Program-made: the position numbers and the translations under genes
Notes under the pieces: generated by a model
What the model saw: the letters and a program-made list of their open reading frames with translations, nothing else
Told to the model about the DNA's origin: nothing
The model's database searches: none
Shown here: in pieces, positions 38,573 to 47,269 of the stretch
How positions within the stretch are numbered: the first letter of the stretch is position 1
Layout: every line of letters begins with the position of its first letter
From: a virus
Length of the DNA: 64,000 nucleotides
Direction: 5' to 3' (one strand)
IMG/VR virus record: IMGVR_UViG_3300007735_000795
Coordinates: 1 to 64,000 of that record

Positions 38573-39131
38573 AATACCATCTGTTATTATTATACTCTGC
38601 TACTGAATTGTATTCAGCCATTTCACTATAAAGTGATTTTACTGTTTGATGAATTTCGTTTAATGGTTTATTAGTTGCTAATTGTTCACCTAACAAATAA
38701 GCAAATAAATTATTTGATTCCGTTACTTGTATTTGATTTGCTTTTACTCTACAGTAACGTGCTTCACCAGTTTCACTGATAAACATACCTGAGTATAAAC
38801 CTTTCAATTTATGATAATTTACAAATCGATCAGCATTACACCACAAGTACAATACATTGTCTTTTTTTCTTAATGCTTCAACACATCCATCTCCTATAAC
38901 ATAAGATGAACTAAGCATACCTGGTGTATTAAATTCAAACTGTCCTGCTGTAAACAAACCATTTGGCGAACCATGTCCCATAAGTAAAATACGATCATGC
39001 ATTCCTATTAGTTGGATGATGGATTGTTTATCTGTTCCACCAGTAATAACTGTTTTATTAGGAATGTCTTTGTAGATTCGTTTTAAGAAATCTGTTGTTC
39101 TGTCTTTTGGATGAATTACCAGTGTTGTCAT
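38565..39131 (-). CDS. hypothetical protein, possible caspase/gingipain-fold (His-Cys) peptidase
   Basis: ILLMGHGS and YLWCNA; start MTTLVIHP after the promoter at 39147. Confidence 0.4.
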   Translation of the reverse strand: MTTLVIHPKDRTTDFLKRIYKDIPNKTVITGGTDKQSIIQLIGMHDRILLMGHGSPNGLFTAGQFEFNTPGMLSSSYVIGDGCVEALRKKDNVLYLWCNADRFVNYHKLKGLYSGMFISETGEARYCRVKANQIQVTESNNLFAYLLGEQLATNKPLNEIHQTVKSLYSEMAEYNSVAEYNNNRWYYA

Positions 39132-39180
39132 AACCTTAATTTTGTTTGAATATACGAACAAATTTGTGAACAGCCAAATT

Positions 39181-39510
39181 TTAACGCAGAAGTGTTACAT
39201 TTCCTTTGATTTTCTTTTCAGTTATGGCTGGTTCTGTTTCTAACCATGTTAACAAATACACATATTTGTCTGATTGAGAATAGTATTCATTTCCACCTAA
39301 CCATGGTTCGTTTTGGTTTTGTGATTCAAAAACCAATTCACCATAACAATTATAAATTCTAAGATGATAACGGCTTAATGTGTCTTGAGACGAAACCATA
39401 AACACATCGTTGTGTCCATCACCATTAGGTGAAAATGCATTTGGAACGTATACTTGAGAACAAGTAGTAAAACTAAGGAATAATAATAAAGAAGTTAAAT
39501 AACATTTCAT
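39181..39510 (-). CDS. stand-alone gliding-motility-associated (T9SS type B) C-terminal sorting domain with a signal peptide
   Basis: YVPNAFSPNGDGHNDVF..IYNCYGELVF..W.G..YVY..KGNVTLLR. Confidence 0.85.
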   Translation of the reverse strand: MKCYLTSLLLFLSFTTCSQVYVPNAFSPNGDGHNDVFMVSSQDTLSRYHLRIYNCYGELVFESQNQNEPWLGGNEYYSQSDKYVYLLTWLETEPAITEKKIKGNVTLLR

Positions 39511-39950
39511 AAAAAGTAAAATAGAGCTGCTACTCCTAATATAAGTGTTCCTTCACCAATAGCAATTCTTCTCCAAATTCTTTTTCGATTGTTTTCTTTT
39601 TCCAAATCAACTTGAGACTTTTTTAACAACACAGAACATTCTATGGCTTCATTTTTCCAATCATTGGCCTTTACTTCTAATTGATTGTATTTTATATTCA
39701 ATTGATTATAAGAGTCTAATGAATGTATTAAAGCATCAGTACATGCTTCTGAGTACTTAAACATTGAGTCAAGATTTGACTTGTATATTTCTTTATACTT
39801 ATAAGTCTTTAGGACTTCGTCCTCCTGTTTTTTGTTTAAGAATATCCCAGTATCCCCCTGGTATACTATCCTCACTGGTATTAATTTTTGTCCAAATACT
39901 GTCACGTTCAGGATTATTAAGCTTAGGAATATCAATAATTTTTTTAGCAT
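39507..39950 (-). CDS. secreted coiled-coil protein with a C-terminal TM (spanin-like)
   Basis: Signal peptide, heptads, C-terminal hydrophobic helix; overlaps the upstream gene by 152 nt. Confidence 0.45.
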   Translation of the reverse strand: MLKKLLIFLSLIILNVTVFGQKLIPVRIVYQGDTGIFLNKKQEDEVLKTYKYKEIYKSNLDSMFKYSEACTDALIHSLDSYNQLNIKYNQLEVKANDWKNEAIECSVLLKKSQVDLEKENNRKRIWRRIAIGEGTLILGVAALFYFL

Positions 39951-40185
39951 CTTTTTTATTTTGTTTTACTGTGTTGTCTATTAAAGCCGTTTGTTTATTA
40001 TTAAAGTCAGTTTGAAGAGCAATATGTGCTTTAGTTAAACTGTCAACTGTGCGTCCTAAACGATCAATTGCTCCTGTGTCTTTAACTTCAATTGTAACTG
40101 GTGGTTTATTATAAAGCATAACAATAACAACTAACATTGCTATCATAATTAAATAATACCAGTTTTTTGTAAAAAATGTTTTCAT
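39799..40185 (-). CDS. i-spanin-like protein
   Basis: N-terminal TM plus coiled coil in a lysis-like operon. Confidence 0.45.
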   Translation of the reverse strand: MKTFFTKNWYYLIMIAMLVVIVMLYNKPPVTIEVKDTGAIDRLGRTVDSLTKAHIALQTDFNNKQTALIDNTVKQNKKDAKKIIDIPKLNNPERDSIWTKINTSEDSIPGGYWDILKQKTGGRSPKDL

Positions 40186-40454
40186 TGTCCAGATTCGTTT
40201 GTTGTATTAGTAGTATCAGTTGGTGGTGTAGATGGTTTTCTGAATATGTTTTCAAATGTAGTAATACCAAGTAAACTACCAGCCAATAAGCAAATTGCTT
40301 CAAACATGTATTCAGGTAATTCTATGTCTCTTAATAAAGCAGCATAACAAAAAATAACTATGTTTACTAGTATAAAAATACCAGCAACACGTTTTGATGA
40401 TACACCACTATTACTTGACACTACTTTGTCAATCCAGTATTTTTTAGTTTTCAT
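40182..40454 (-). CDS. holin-like two-TM protein
   Basis: SSKRVAG followed by two TMs; directly downstream of the putative endolysin. Confidence 0.5.
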   Translation of the reverse strand: MKTKKYWIDKVVSSNSGVSSKRVAGIFILVNIVIFCYAALLRDIELPEYMFEAICLLAGSLLGITTFENIFRKPSTPPTDTTNTTNESGQ

Positions 40455-40455
40455 A

Positions 40456-41001
40456 TTAAAATTCTTTTAAAAGTGTATATGTAAATTGGTTTAATCCTGA
40501 TGCTTCACAAGCATTAATTAATGTTTTGAAATTAGTTGGGTTGTTTATTACTTGACAACCAGCAGACCATTTATCAACAAATTTACTAATAAAATTTGGA
40601 TTTGCTCTGTGAATATTAATACCAAAAATACCAGTATCAGTAATTGCTGTTTCTTCAGCAATTGCATCCCTGTCTTTGTCTCTAAACACAGTAATTGGTT
40701 TGCATTGTACTAATGCTTTGTATTGGTTACGGTGTAATCCTAATTTCCAAGAATTAATGTATTGGCCTGGTTTTAGTAAAGCAGTGCCTTTAGGATTCAT
40801 CAAATTTTTTAACCAATGTGTTCCTGGATTAGTTGTTCCTGTAAACCAAGACACATTGGAATTATTTATTAAACCAATTAAGTCATCAAATTCATTTGGT
40901 TTATTAGCATTTGAACGTATTCCAACGATATGAAAACTCGGGAATTGGTACCCGAGTCTATCAAATTGGTTTTTTAATTCTAAATAACTGTATAATCGCA
41001 T
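40456..41001 (-). CDS. putative endolysin (YkuD/L,D-transpeptidase-like His-Cys motif)
   Basis: GINIHRA..WSAGCQV; first gene after a late promoter, followed by holin/spanin-like genes. Confidence 0.5.
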   Translation of the reverse strand: MRLYSYLELKNQFDRLGYQFPSFHIVGIRSNANKPNEFDDLIGLINNSNVSWFTGTTNPGTHWLKNLMNPKGTALLKPGQYINSWKLGLHRNQYKALVQCKPITVFRDKDRDAIAEETAITDTGIFGINIHRANPNFISKFVDKWSAGCQVINNPTNFKTLINACEASGLNQFTYTLLKEF

Positions 41002-41044
41002 AGCCTGTTGTTTGTTATAAATATCAACAGGTTATGAAGAATAA

Positions 41045-41377
41045 TCAGTGGATTATTTTGTAAAATTTTATTCTAATACGACGCTTGAAACAGTTGAGTT
41101 TAGTCCATGTTTTTCTAATAGTAGTTTCATATTCATTACTATGGATATGTTCAAAAGCATTTTTTATATATTTTTTTATTCTAGAATGCTTTTTGGCCAA
41201 TTCAAAAAACTGTCCACCATTAAAACAATTCATATTCCATTTTCCACTTCTCCAAGTTGATAATAAGGTGTTTTTGTCACCACTATCATCCGTTAACCAT
41301 ACATAAATGGCTTTGTCCCAATTGTCAGCAACGATTTGCAACGAATAGTTGTCTTTAAGTGTAATTGTGTTTGTCAT
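41045..41377 (-). CDS. hypothetical protein
   Basis: Likely start MTNTITLK. Confidence 0.5.
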   Translation of the reverse strand: MTNTITLKDNYSLQIVADNWDKAIYVWLTDDSGDKNTLLSTWRSGKWNMNCFNGGQFFELAKKHSRIKKYIKNAFEHIHSNEYETTIRKTWTKLNCFKRRIRIKFYKIIH

Positions 41378-41402
41378 AACTTTTATTTTACGTAAATATA
41401 AT

Positions 41403-41957
41403 TTACTTACTTTTATTATCAAAATTTACTACCATTAAAGTGTCCCCAAAGTGTGAACCAGTGTCTGGTTTTATCCAAAAGTCTAAATAGTTATGTTTCA
41501 CTGCATTTTTAGCATACTTATTCATGACTGGTTTACCTGTGTTGTATGCTCCAGCGGCTTTACCCCAATCCTTATAACGTTTATACCATTCCTGTAGCAT
41601 TTTCATAGAAATTTCTACATTTAATTCTATACTGTCCCTTAACATTGATTTTGGTACTTTGAAACCAGCATAGTAAGAAGCATATTGAGGCATAATTTGC
41701 ATTGCTCCTAATGCTCCAGCACTTGACTTTTGTTTATGGTTATAATTTGTGTGATGTGGGCCTAAGTATCCTGTTTCTATACGAGCAATGTTAAAAGCAA
41801 CGTGTATAGGAATGTCGTATAATGAGGCATAAGTTGTAATTGATTTGTATAGTCGTTGAGCAGGTGTTTGTTGTACGGGAACTTCAATTCTGTTTTTGGC
41901 GGTGATAATAATTATTAAAATTAGACAAGTGACAAGAAATAATAATAACTTTTTCAT
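41403..41957 (-). CDS. lytic transglycosylase (SLT) with an N-terminal signal/anchor
   Basis: IETG, SSAGALGAMQIMP, AYNTG. Confidence 0.85.
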   Translation of the reverse strand: MKKLLLFLVTCLILIIIITAKNRIEVPVQQTPAQRLYKSITTYASLYDIPIHVAFNIARIETGYLGPHHTNYNHKQKSSAGALGAMQIMPQYASYYAGFKVPKSMLRDSIELNVEISMKMLQEWYKRYKDWGKAAGAYNTGKPVMNKYAKNAVKHNYLDFWIKPDTGSHFGDTLMVVNFDNKSK

Positions 41958-41983
41958 GGTTTTTAATTTTCCATTAATATAAT

Positions 41984-42003
41984 AAAAAAAGGCCCGAAGG
42001 CCT
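41984..42003 (-). terminator. intrinsic terminator with a UUCG tetraloop
   Basis: AGGCC-TTCG-GGCCTTTTTTT. Confidence 0.75.
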
Positions 42004-42007
42004 AGTT

Positions 42008-42286
42008 TTATTTATGTAGAGGGGGGGGGGGGGGAATTGCTGATGAAAACACGGATGGATTTGGGTTATAAGGAATAATTTTATCATTTGTTATTTTAAA
42101 TTCATTCTTAAACTTCCCTGCATTTACAAATGATTCTTTCCAAGCATTAAATACTGCTTCATTATTTATCAGTATATATTTATTCTGAACGTCTTCAAAG
42201 GTTATTTTAGTTATATCTTTAATTACATTTTCATTTTCAGTTAAATGTTCACGTCTCCATTTGTATGTGCTAAAATTGTCTTTCAT
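42008..42286 (-). CDS. late hypothetical protein (possible head-internal protein)
   Basis: Late promoter; MKDNFSTYKWRREHLTE leader; C14 tract encoding poly-Pro. Confidence 0.5.
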   Translation of the reverse strand: MKDNFSTYKWRREHLTENENVIKDITKITFEDVQNKYILINNEAVFNAWKESFVNAGKFKNEFKITNDKIIPYNPNPSVFSSAIPPPPPLHK

Positions 42287-42506
42287 AATTGTTTATTTAT
42301 TATAAATATATGAAAATAAATTAAATTATCCAAATTAAATTAAACCAGTTTTTAACCATTTATATGCACAAACCAAAGCATCAGCACGGTTCATAATTAA
42401 TTCATACCTGGACACCAGTTTTTGAAATTCAACCAGTTTATTACGGGAATGTGCTTCCCACAACAGTTTTTCTGCTTCAATTTCGTAATTGTAGTTATGT
42501 TTAATT

Positions 42507-42677
42507 TTAATCATAGCACCTCCTTTTTGGTTTTTTCCAAATTGAAGGTTTAGGACGAGGATTAGCTGTAACCCAAGTTGTTTTTTTAAGTCTTTTTTTG
42601 TCTGCTACTGTGATGCCTTTATACGGCACACAAGACGGTATCAGCAGTAACATAACCATTACTACTAATTTTTTCAT
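42507..42677 (-). CDS. 56 aa basic lipoprotein
   Basis: MKKLVVMVMLLLIPSC lipobox. Confidence 0.5.
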   Translation of the reverse strand: MKKLVVMVMLLLIPSCVPYKGITVADKKRLKKTTWVTANPRPKPSIWKKPKRRCYD

Positions 42678-42689
42678 TTTAAAGTGTTG

Positions 42690-43355
42690 TTACTGGTTCT
42701 GCTTAATTAAATTAGCAACTGATTCACCATTTAACAATAAATGCTCTTTAAATTCATCTGTAAAGCAGCATCCATTTTCTTCTTTAGATTTAATAAATTC
42801 TTTAGGTACATCACTAAATACCCAGTCAACTACTAATATTCCTATTAAATTACCATTTGGTGTTCCAAATTTAGAACTGCCCCTGTCATAAATTGGAATA
42901 GCAGCTGATGCTTGGGTGCTTGTTTTTCTGAGTAATGCCTTAGTGGTTATGTCTTCTATTTTTTCTATGTCATTATAGAAAAATTTATTTTCAATTGTAG
43001 ACTTGATAAGTGAAGTATAGTGACTTACAAAGAAATTTATCATGTTGTTTGATAGTGGTTCTAAACCATCAGATGTTCTTTCGTAAGTAACAGATGCTTT
43101 CTGCATTGGAGAGTTAGTATAAAACGTTCCACCATTGTGAAACTGAATTAAGTATACTCTGTCTGCTTCATATTCGTTTTTAATTTCCTCAACTGTAAGA
43201 TGAATGATTTCATCTTTATTAATTTGAGTCATTAATTTTTTTCTAGAACTGGATTGGTGTTTTTCGTCTAACCATTTCTTAAAATACCCCGCCGTTATTA
43301 GTGTAACTATTATTGACGTGACTGAAGTAATCACAGTTATAATAATACTTTCCAT
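42690..43355 (-). CDS. TM + GAF-like domain protein (possible T4 gpT-type holin)
   Basis: N-terminal TM, ADRVYLIQFHNG, PIYD..LIGILVVDW; late promoter. Confidence 0.55.
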   Translation of the reverse strand: MESIIITVITSVTSIIVTLITAGYFKKWLDEKHQSSSRKKLMTQINKDEIIHLTVEEIKNEYEADRVYLIQFHNGGTFYTNSPMQKASVTYERTSDGLEPLSNNMINFFVSHYTSLIKSTIENKFFYNDIEKIEDITTKALLRKTSTQASAAIPIYDRGSSKFGTPNGNLIGILVVDWVFSDVPKEFIKSKEENGCCFTDEFKEHLLLNGESVANLIKQNQ

Positions 43356-43417
43356 TTATTCCTTCTCTTGTTTTTGGTTTACAAGTATAAATATGTTCAA
43401 CTGAAGGAAAAGTCCTA

Positions 43418-44314
43418 TTAGAATTTTATTCCTATAACAGTAATGTCATCTGTTTGTTCAAATCCGTGTTTCCATTTATTAATTTCAAATTCTATTTTTT
43501 TATACTGTTCAAGTATAGGTTCATAGTGAATTGATTGTAATAATTCATAGAACTGTTTTGTAGTAAATTTTTTATCATTTTCACCTCCAAACTGGTCTAC
43601 ATACCCATCTGTATACAAATACAATGTATCATCCTCTTCATATTCAATTTTGGTTTGAGTAAATGTTTTTTCACCTACACCTCCAATTCCAAATCGATTA
43701 CCTTTTAATTCATGGATTTGGTCTTTTTTAAATAAAACTGATTTGTGTTTTGCTCCTGCAAAGTGTAATTGTTTATTTTGTTTATCAATTTTAATTATAG
43801 CCATGTCCATACCGTCTTGTATGGATTGGTTTATTCTATTTTGTTTTAGAGTTGTTTTTACCAGTCTATCCATTTCAAATAGTATTTGAGGCAAATCATA
43901 TATTTTATTCTCAACCACAATTTGATTTAAAAAACTATTCCCCAGCATAGTCATAAATGCTCCTGGTATTCCATGTCCTGTACAGTCTGCACAAACAATA
44001 ATGTAATTGTGTTCATTTATTTTGTGAAACCAAAAAAAGTCTCCACCAACAATGTCTTTTGGTTTATAAAAGAAAAATGAAAGAGGAAGATATCTTTTGA
44101 TAAATTCCTCTCCTGGTAGTAATACTTTTTGAATTTCGTGAGCGTACTTTAGACTTAAAACCAATTCATGTTTTCGGAATTCAAGTACTTTATTTTTATT
44201 TTCTAATTCAGTTTTTATTTTTGAAAGTTGAGTAACAACAGATTGTGTTTTCTTTTTGTATGAAAAAGACACAATAAAAAGAATTAGTAAAAACAAACAT
44301 ATTATTCCAACCAT
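43418..44314 (-). CDS. membrane-anchored PP2C/SpoIIE (RsbU-like) Ser/Thr phosphatase
   Basis: VGGDF, ADCTGHGIPGA, DGMD, YTDG, QTDDITV. Confidence 0.9.
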   Translation of the reverse strand: MVGIICLFLLILFIVSFSYKKKTQSVVTQLSKIKTELENKNKVLEFRKHELVLSLKYAHEIQKVLLPGEEFIKRYLPLSFFFYKPKDIVGGDFFWFHKINEHNYIIVCADCTGHGIPGAFMTMLGNSFLNQIVVENKIYDLPQILFEMDRLVKTTLKQNRINQSIQDGMDMAIIKIDKQNKQLHFAGAKHKSVLFKKDQIHELKGNRFGIGGVGEKTFTQTKIEYEEDDTLYLYTDGYVDQFGGENDKKFTTKQFYELLQSIHYEPILEQYKKIEFEINKWKHGFEQTDDITVIGIKF

Positions 44315-44526
44315 TAACTGTTCTTTTTCTTACTACGTTTAATTCTCCATTTCTTTTGTTTGGCAGGTAAGTCTCCGTAACGAAAATAAGGATCAGTGTA
44401 AGGATAATTTATACCTCTTCTACTTTTTATCCTGCCCTTTCCATCTTTATCATACTTAACATATGTTACTGAATGACAACTTATTAGTAGTAAACAAAGG
44501 ATTACAATGCTAATTATGCGTTTCAT
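44314..44526 (-). CDS. small basic lipoprotein
   Basis: LLISC lipobox; late promoter upstream. Confidence 0.55.
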   Translation of the reverse strand: MKRIISIVILCLLLISCHSVTYVKYDKDGKGRIKSRRGINYPYTDPYFRYGDLPAKQKKWRIKRSKKKNS

Positions 44527-44559
44527 AACAATAAATATGTTACTAATTGTATAAGTGGG

Positions 44560-44934
44560 TTATGGCTTGGTTCTAAGACTTTCTAAAAATTCCCACAATG
44601 ATTCAAAACTGTAACAAATTGGGTTTCCATTTTCGTCTGTTGCTCCCCATCTTACTTCTCCAGCCTCTTTTACAATTTCCATTGTTCCATCTTCTTTTTT
44701 TTCGTATACAGCAGTTTTACTCCAATCTTTAGTACCATAATCAGATTCATAAATAAACCAAGACCACCAGTCTAAACCTTCCTTACCATAAATTTCTTCA
44801 ATTAAAGTGGAAATCATTTGATGATATGGGTCTACAAATTCAAGTAAGTCAACATTGTTTTTATACAAGTTGTTTACAACTTGTTCTTGTTTTTGTAACT
44901 GTAAAATTACTTTTAAGAAATTTTCGTATGTCAT
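44560..44934 (-). CDS. hypothetical protein
   Basis: ORF track. Confidence 0.55.
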   Translation of the reverse strand: MTYENFLKVILQLQKQEQVVNNLYKNNVDLLEFVDPYHQMISTLIEEIYGKEGLDWWSWFIYESDYGTKDWSKTAVYEKKEDGTMEIVKEAGEVRWGATDENGNPICYSFESLWEFLESLRTKP

Positions 44935-44940
44935 AACTTT

Positions 44941-46212
44941 TTAATTTGATAAAGGTGCTTTAAGGGTTGGGTGTGATTGATAGTTTCCTAACTGAATATC
45001 CTCCTCCAACAAACACTTACAGAAGTTATCATTCTTAAATGAATTGAATACTGCTACAGCATCCAAAGGACCTTCACCACAAGATCCATTTTCGGTTGGC
45101 CAAAACTCTGTATTGATGTTTAGTTTAGGCAACTCATAAGGTGTTCTACTAATTTGTTCCTTTGCTTGCTCGATGTGGTTGCTGTAAAGGTGTACATCAC
45201 CTAAGTTACCAATCAATTCATCAGGTACCATATTAACTGCTTTAGCAATGATTTCAAGTAATAAACCATAACTAGCAATGTTAAATGGTAATCCTAAGAA
45301 TGTATCTACGCTGCGTTGATTCCACATTAAAGAGATTGCTCTACGGGGTATTTTATAAGGTGTGTTGTCCACATTTGTTGGCACCATAGCATCAGCTAGT
45401 GGGCCATACTTTTCTTTCCAAATAGGTAAAGCTAACTTATGTCTCTCTTCCAAACTCAACTCTCTTGTATAAACTTGAAATCCATAATGACAAGGTGGAA
45501 GTACCATTTGGTCTAATTCACCTACATTCCAAGCTGAAACCATTAGTCGTCTTGAGTCTGGGTTTGTTTTGAGTTCGGAGATTAGGTTTGCGATTTGGTC
45601 TATTGGATTAGTTAAATAATCTGATGGGTAAGTTGACCAACTTCTCCATTGCTTACCATATATCGGTCCTAACTCACCCCACTCCTTAGAAAACTCATCA
45701 TCAGTTTTGATTTTATTGATGAATTCTTCTTGTGATAAAATGTCAATGCCTTGATTTATCAGAAAATTGTTTTTTAACTTATAGTTCTTATACGCATCAC
45801 CATCCCAAATATGACAATCATTATCAACAAGGTATTTAATGTTTGTGTCGCCTCTTAAAAACCATAGTAATTCAGTTACCATTGTTTTCCAAGCCATCTT
45901 CTTAGTTGTGAGCAATGGAAAGCCAGATTGCATATCATGTCTGATTTGATAACCAAAGATTGATTTGGTTCCAGTTCCTGTTCTGTCTTTCTTTTCTACT
46001 CCATTACCAAGGATATATTCTAGTAGGTCTTGGTATGCTATATCTAAATCATTACCTACACGTTCATAAGCACCATTAGGTCCAATTTGGAAGTCGTCTG
46101 AGATAATTGGTAGGTTATTAATTTCTCCCCACTTACTAAACCATTCATCATAGGTAAGATAGTGTCCTGGGTTTTCTGCTAACCACTGTCTGTATTGTGA
46201 TTCTAAAAGCAT
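44941..46212 (-). CDS. thyA: thymidylate synthase with an N-terminal extension
   Basis: DRTGTGT, FPLLTTKK, ELLWF, SRRLMVSAWN, LPPCH, QRSVDTFLGLPFNIASY, DVHLYSNH. Confidence 0.95.
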   Translation of the reverse strand: MLLESQYRQWLAENPGHYLTYDEWFSKWGEINNLPIISDDFQIGPNGAYERVGNDLDIAYQDLLEYILGNGVEKKDRTGTGTKSIFGYQIRHDMQSGFPLLTTKKMAWKTMVTELLWFLRGDTNIKYLVDNDCHIWDGDAYKNYKLKNNFLINQGIDILSQEEFINKIKTDDEFSKEWGELGPIYGKQWRSWSTYPSDYLTNPIDQIANLISELKTNPDSRRLMVSAWNVGELDQMVLPPCHYGFQVYTRELSLEERHKLALPIWKEKYGPLADAMVPTNVDNTPYKIPRRAISLMWNQRSVDTFLGLPFNIASYGLLLEIIAKAVNMVPDELIGNLGDVHLYSNHIEQAKEQISRTPYELPKLNINTEFWPTENGSCGEGPLDAVAVFNSFKNDNFCKCLLEEDIQLGNYQSHPTLKAPLSN

Positions 46213-46213
46213 A

Positions 46214-47269
46214 TTATTGTTCGTCTTCAATTTGTTTTTCAGGTACACTTGTTACTTGAGGATTATCATTTGGTTGATCTGCTTGATTCATGTATTCTCC
46301 ATTTTGGTCATAAATTTGTTTATTTATTTGACGATACAAATTGTAAAATACAAGAACTATCATGACTATTAGTCCTGCTATTACTAAAAGGGTTGTTGTA
46401 AAAGTACTCATTTTTTAATTTTTAATGTTTGTTGATATTCAAAATATTCATTTAACCATACTGTTGCTAAACGGATAGCATCATCTTCATTCATATATCC
46501 TGCTTCAAATGTTTTACCATATTTTAATTCACGATAAAAAACATAAGGTTCATTTCCAAAGTCTTTTTCAGATAAATAAACAACTAAACTAACATTAGTG
46601 CCTCTTGCTCTAAAATAGTACCATTTACCATCTTTAAGAGTACCTTCTGCTTGTACAGGACACATTCCATCTGGTTTTATGTTGTATGGATTGAATCCGT
46701 TAATTCTTTGCCATTTGTGTTTTAGAAACCGTTTGGCAATTTTAATTTTCCATTTAATCCCACCAAGAATCAATTTTTTTTGCAACATATTTGTAAGTGT
46801 TTATTTTGTCTGTTAAGTATTGTTTTCTTGCTTCTTTTAATGCTTTTCTAAATTCCTTTGAATACTGTTTCTCCTCCTCCTCAGTATTTACTTTTTCAGT
46901 TTTTGATACCATTTCATATGAAAGCACATTTCCTTTATCATCATAACTGTATGGAACACTAGTAAACGTTGTCTTGCCCCATTTTTGTTCAAGCAATTCT
47001 ATAGCTGGTGATTCATAAAATTCAAAACTGTCTCTGGTTTGGTGTAGTCGATTGATTGCTTCTTGAATTTCAGCAGCAACTTTCTCAGCTTGAGCAATGT
47101 GAGTTTTATCAGACAAAAAGAAATCTCGAGTGTGTTCTAATTTTTTGATTAGAATTTCTACAATAAAATGGTTGTCATAGTCTTGGTCTTTCCAAATTAC
47201 TGGAAACCAACGCCAAAGGTTTTTTACTCTGTTAAAAAATGATTTAATAGGCCAAAATATTCTTCTCAT
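46214..47269 (-). CDS. three hypothetical genes (46214-46411, 46408-~46753, 46754-47269)
   Basis: ORF track; coupled starts and stops. Confidence 0.55.

Noticed and set aside
44941-46212. ThyA homolog as a dCMP hydroxymethylase
   Set aside because: It keeps the canonical dUMP-specific PFN Asn and all standard ThyA motifs
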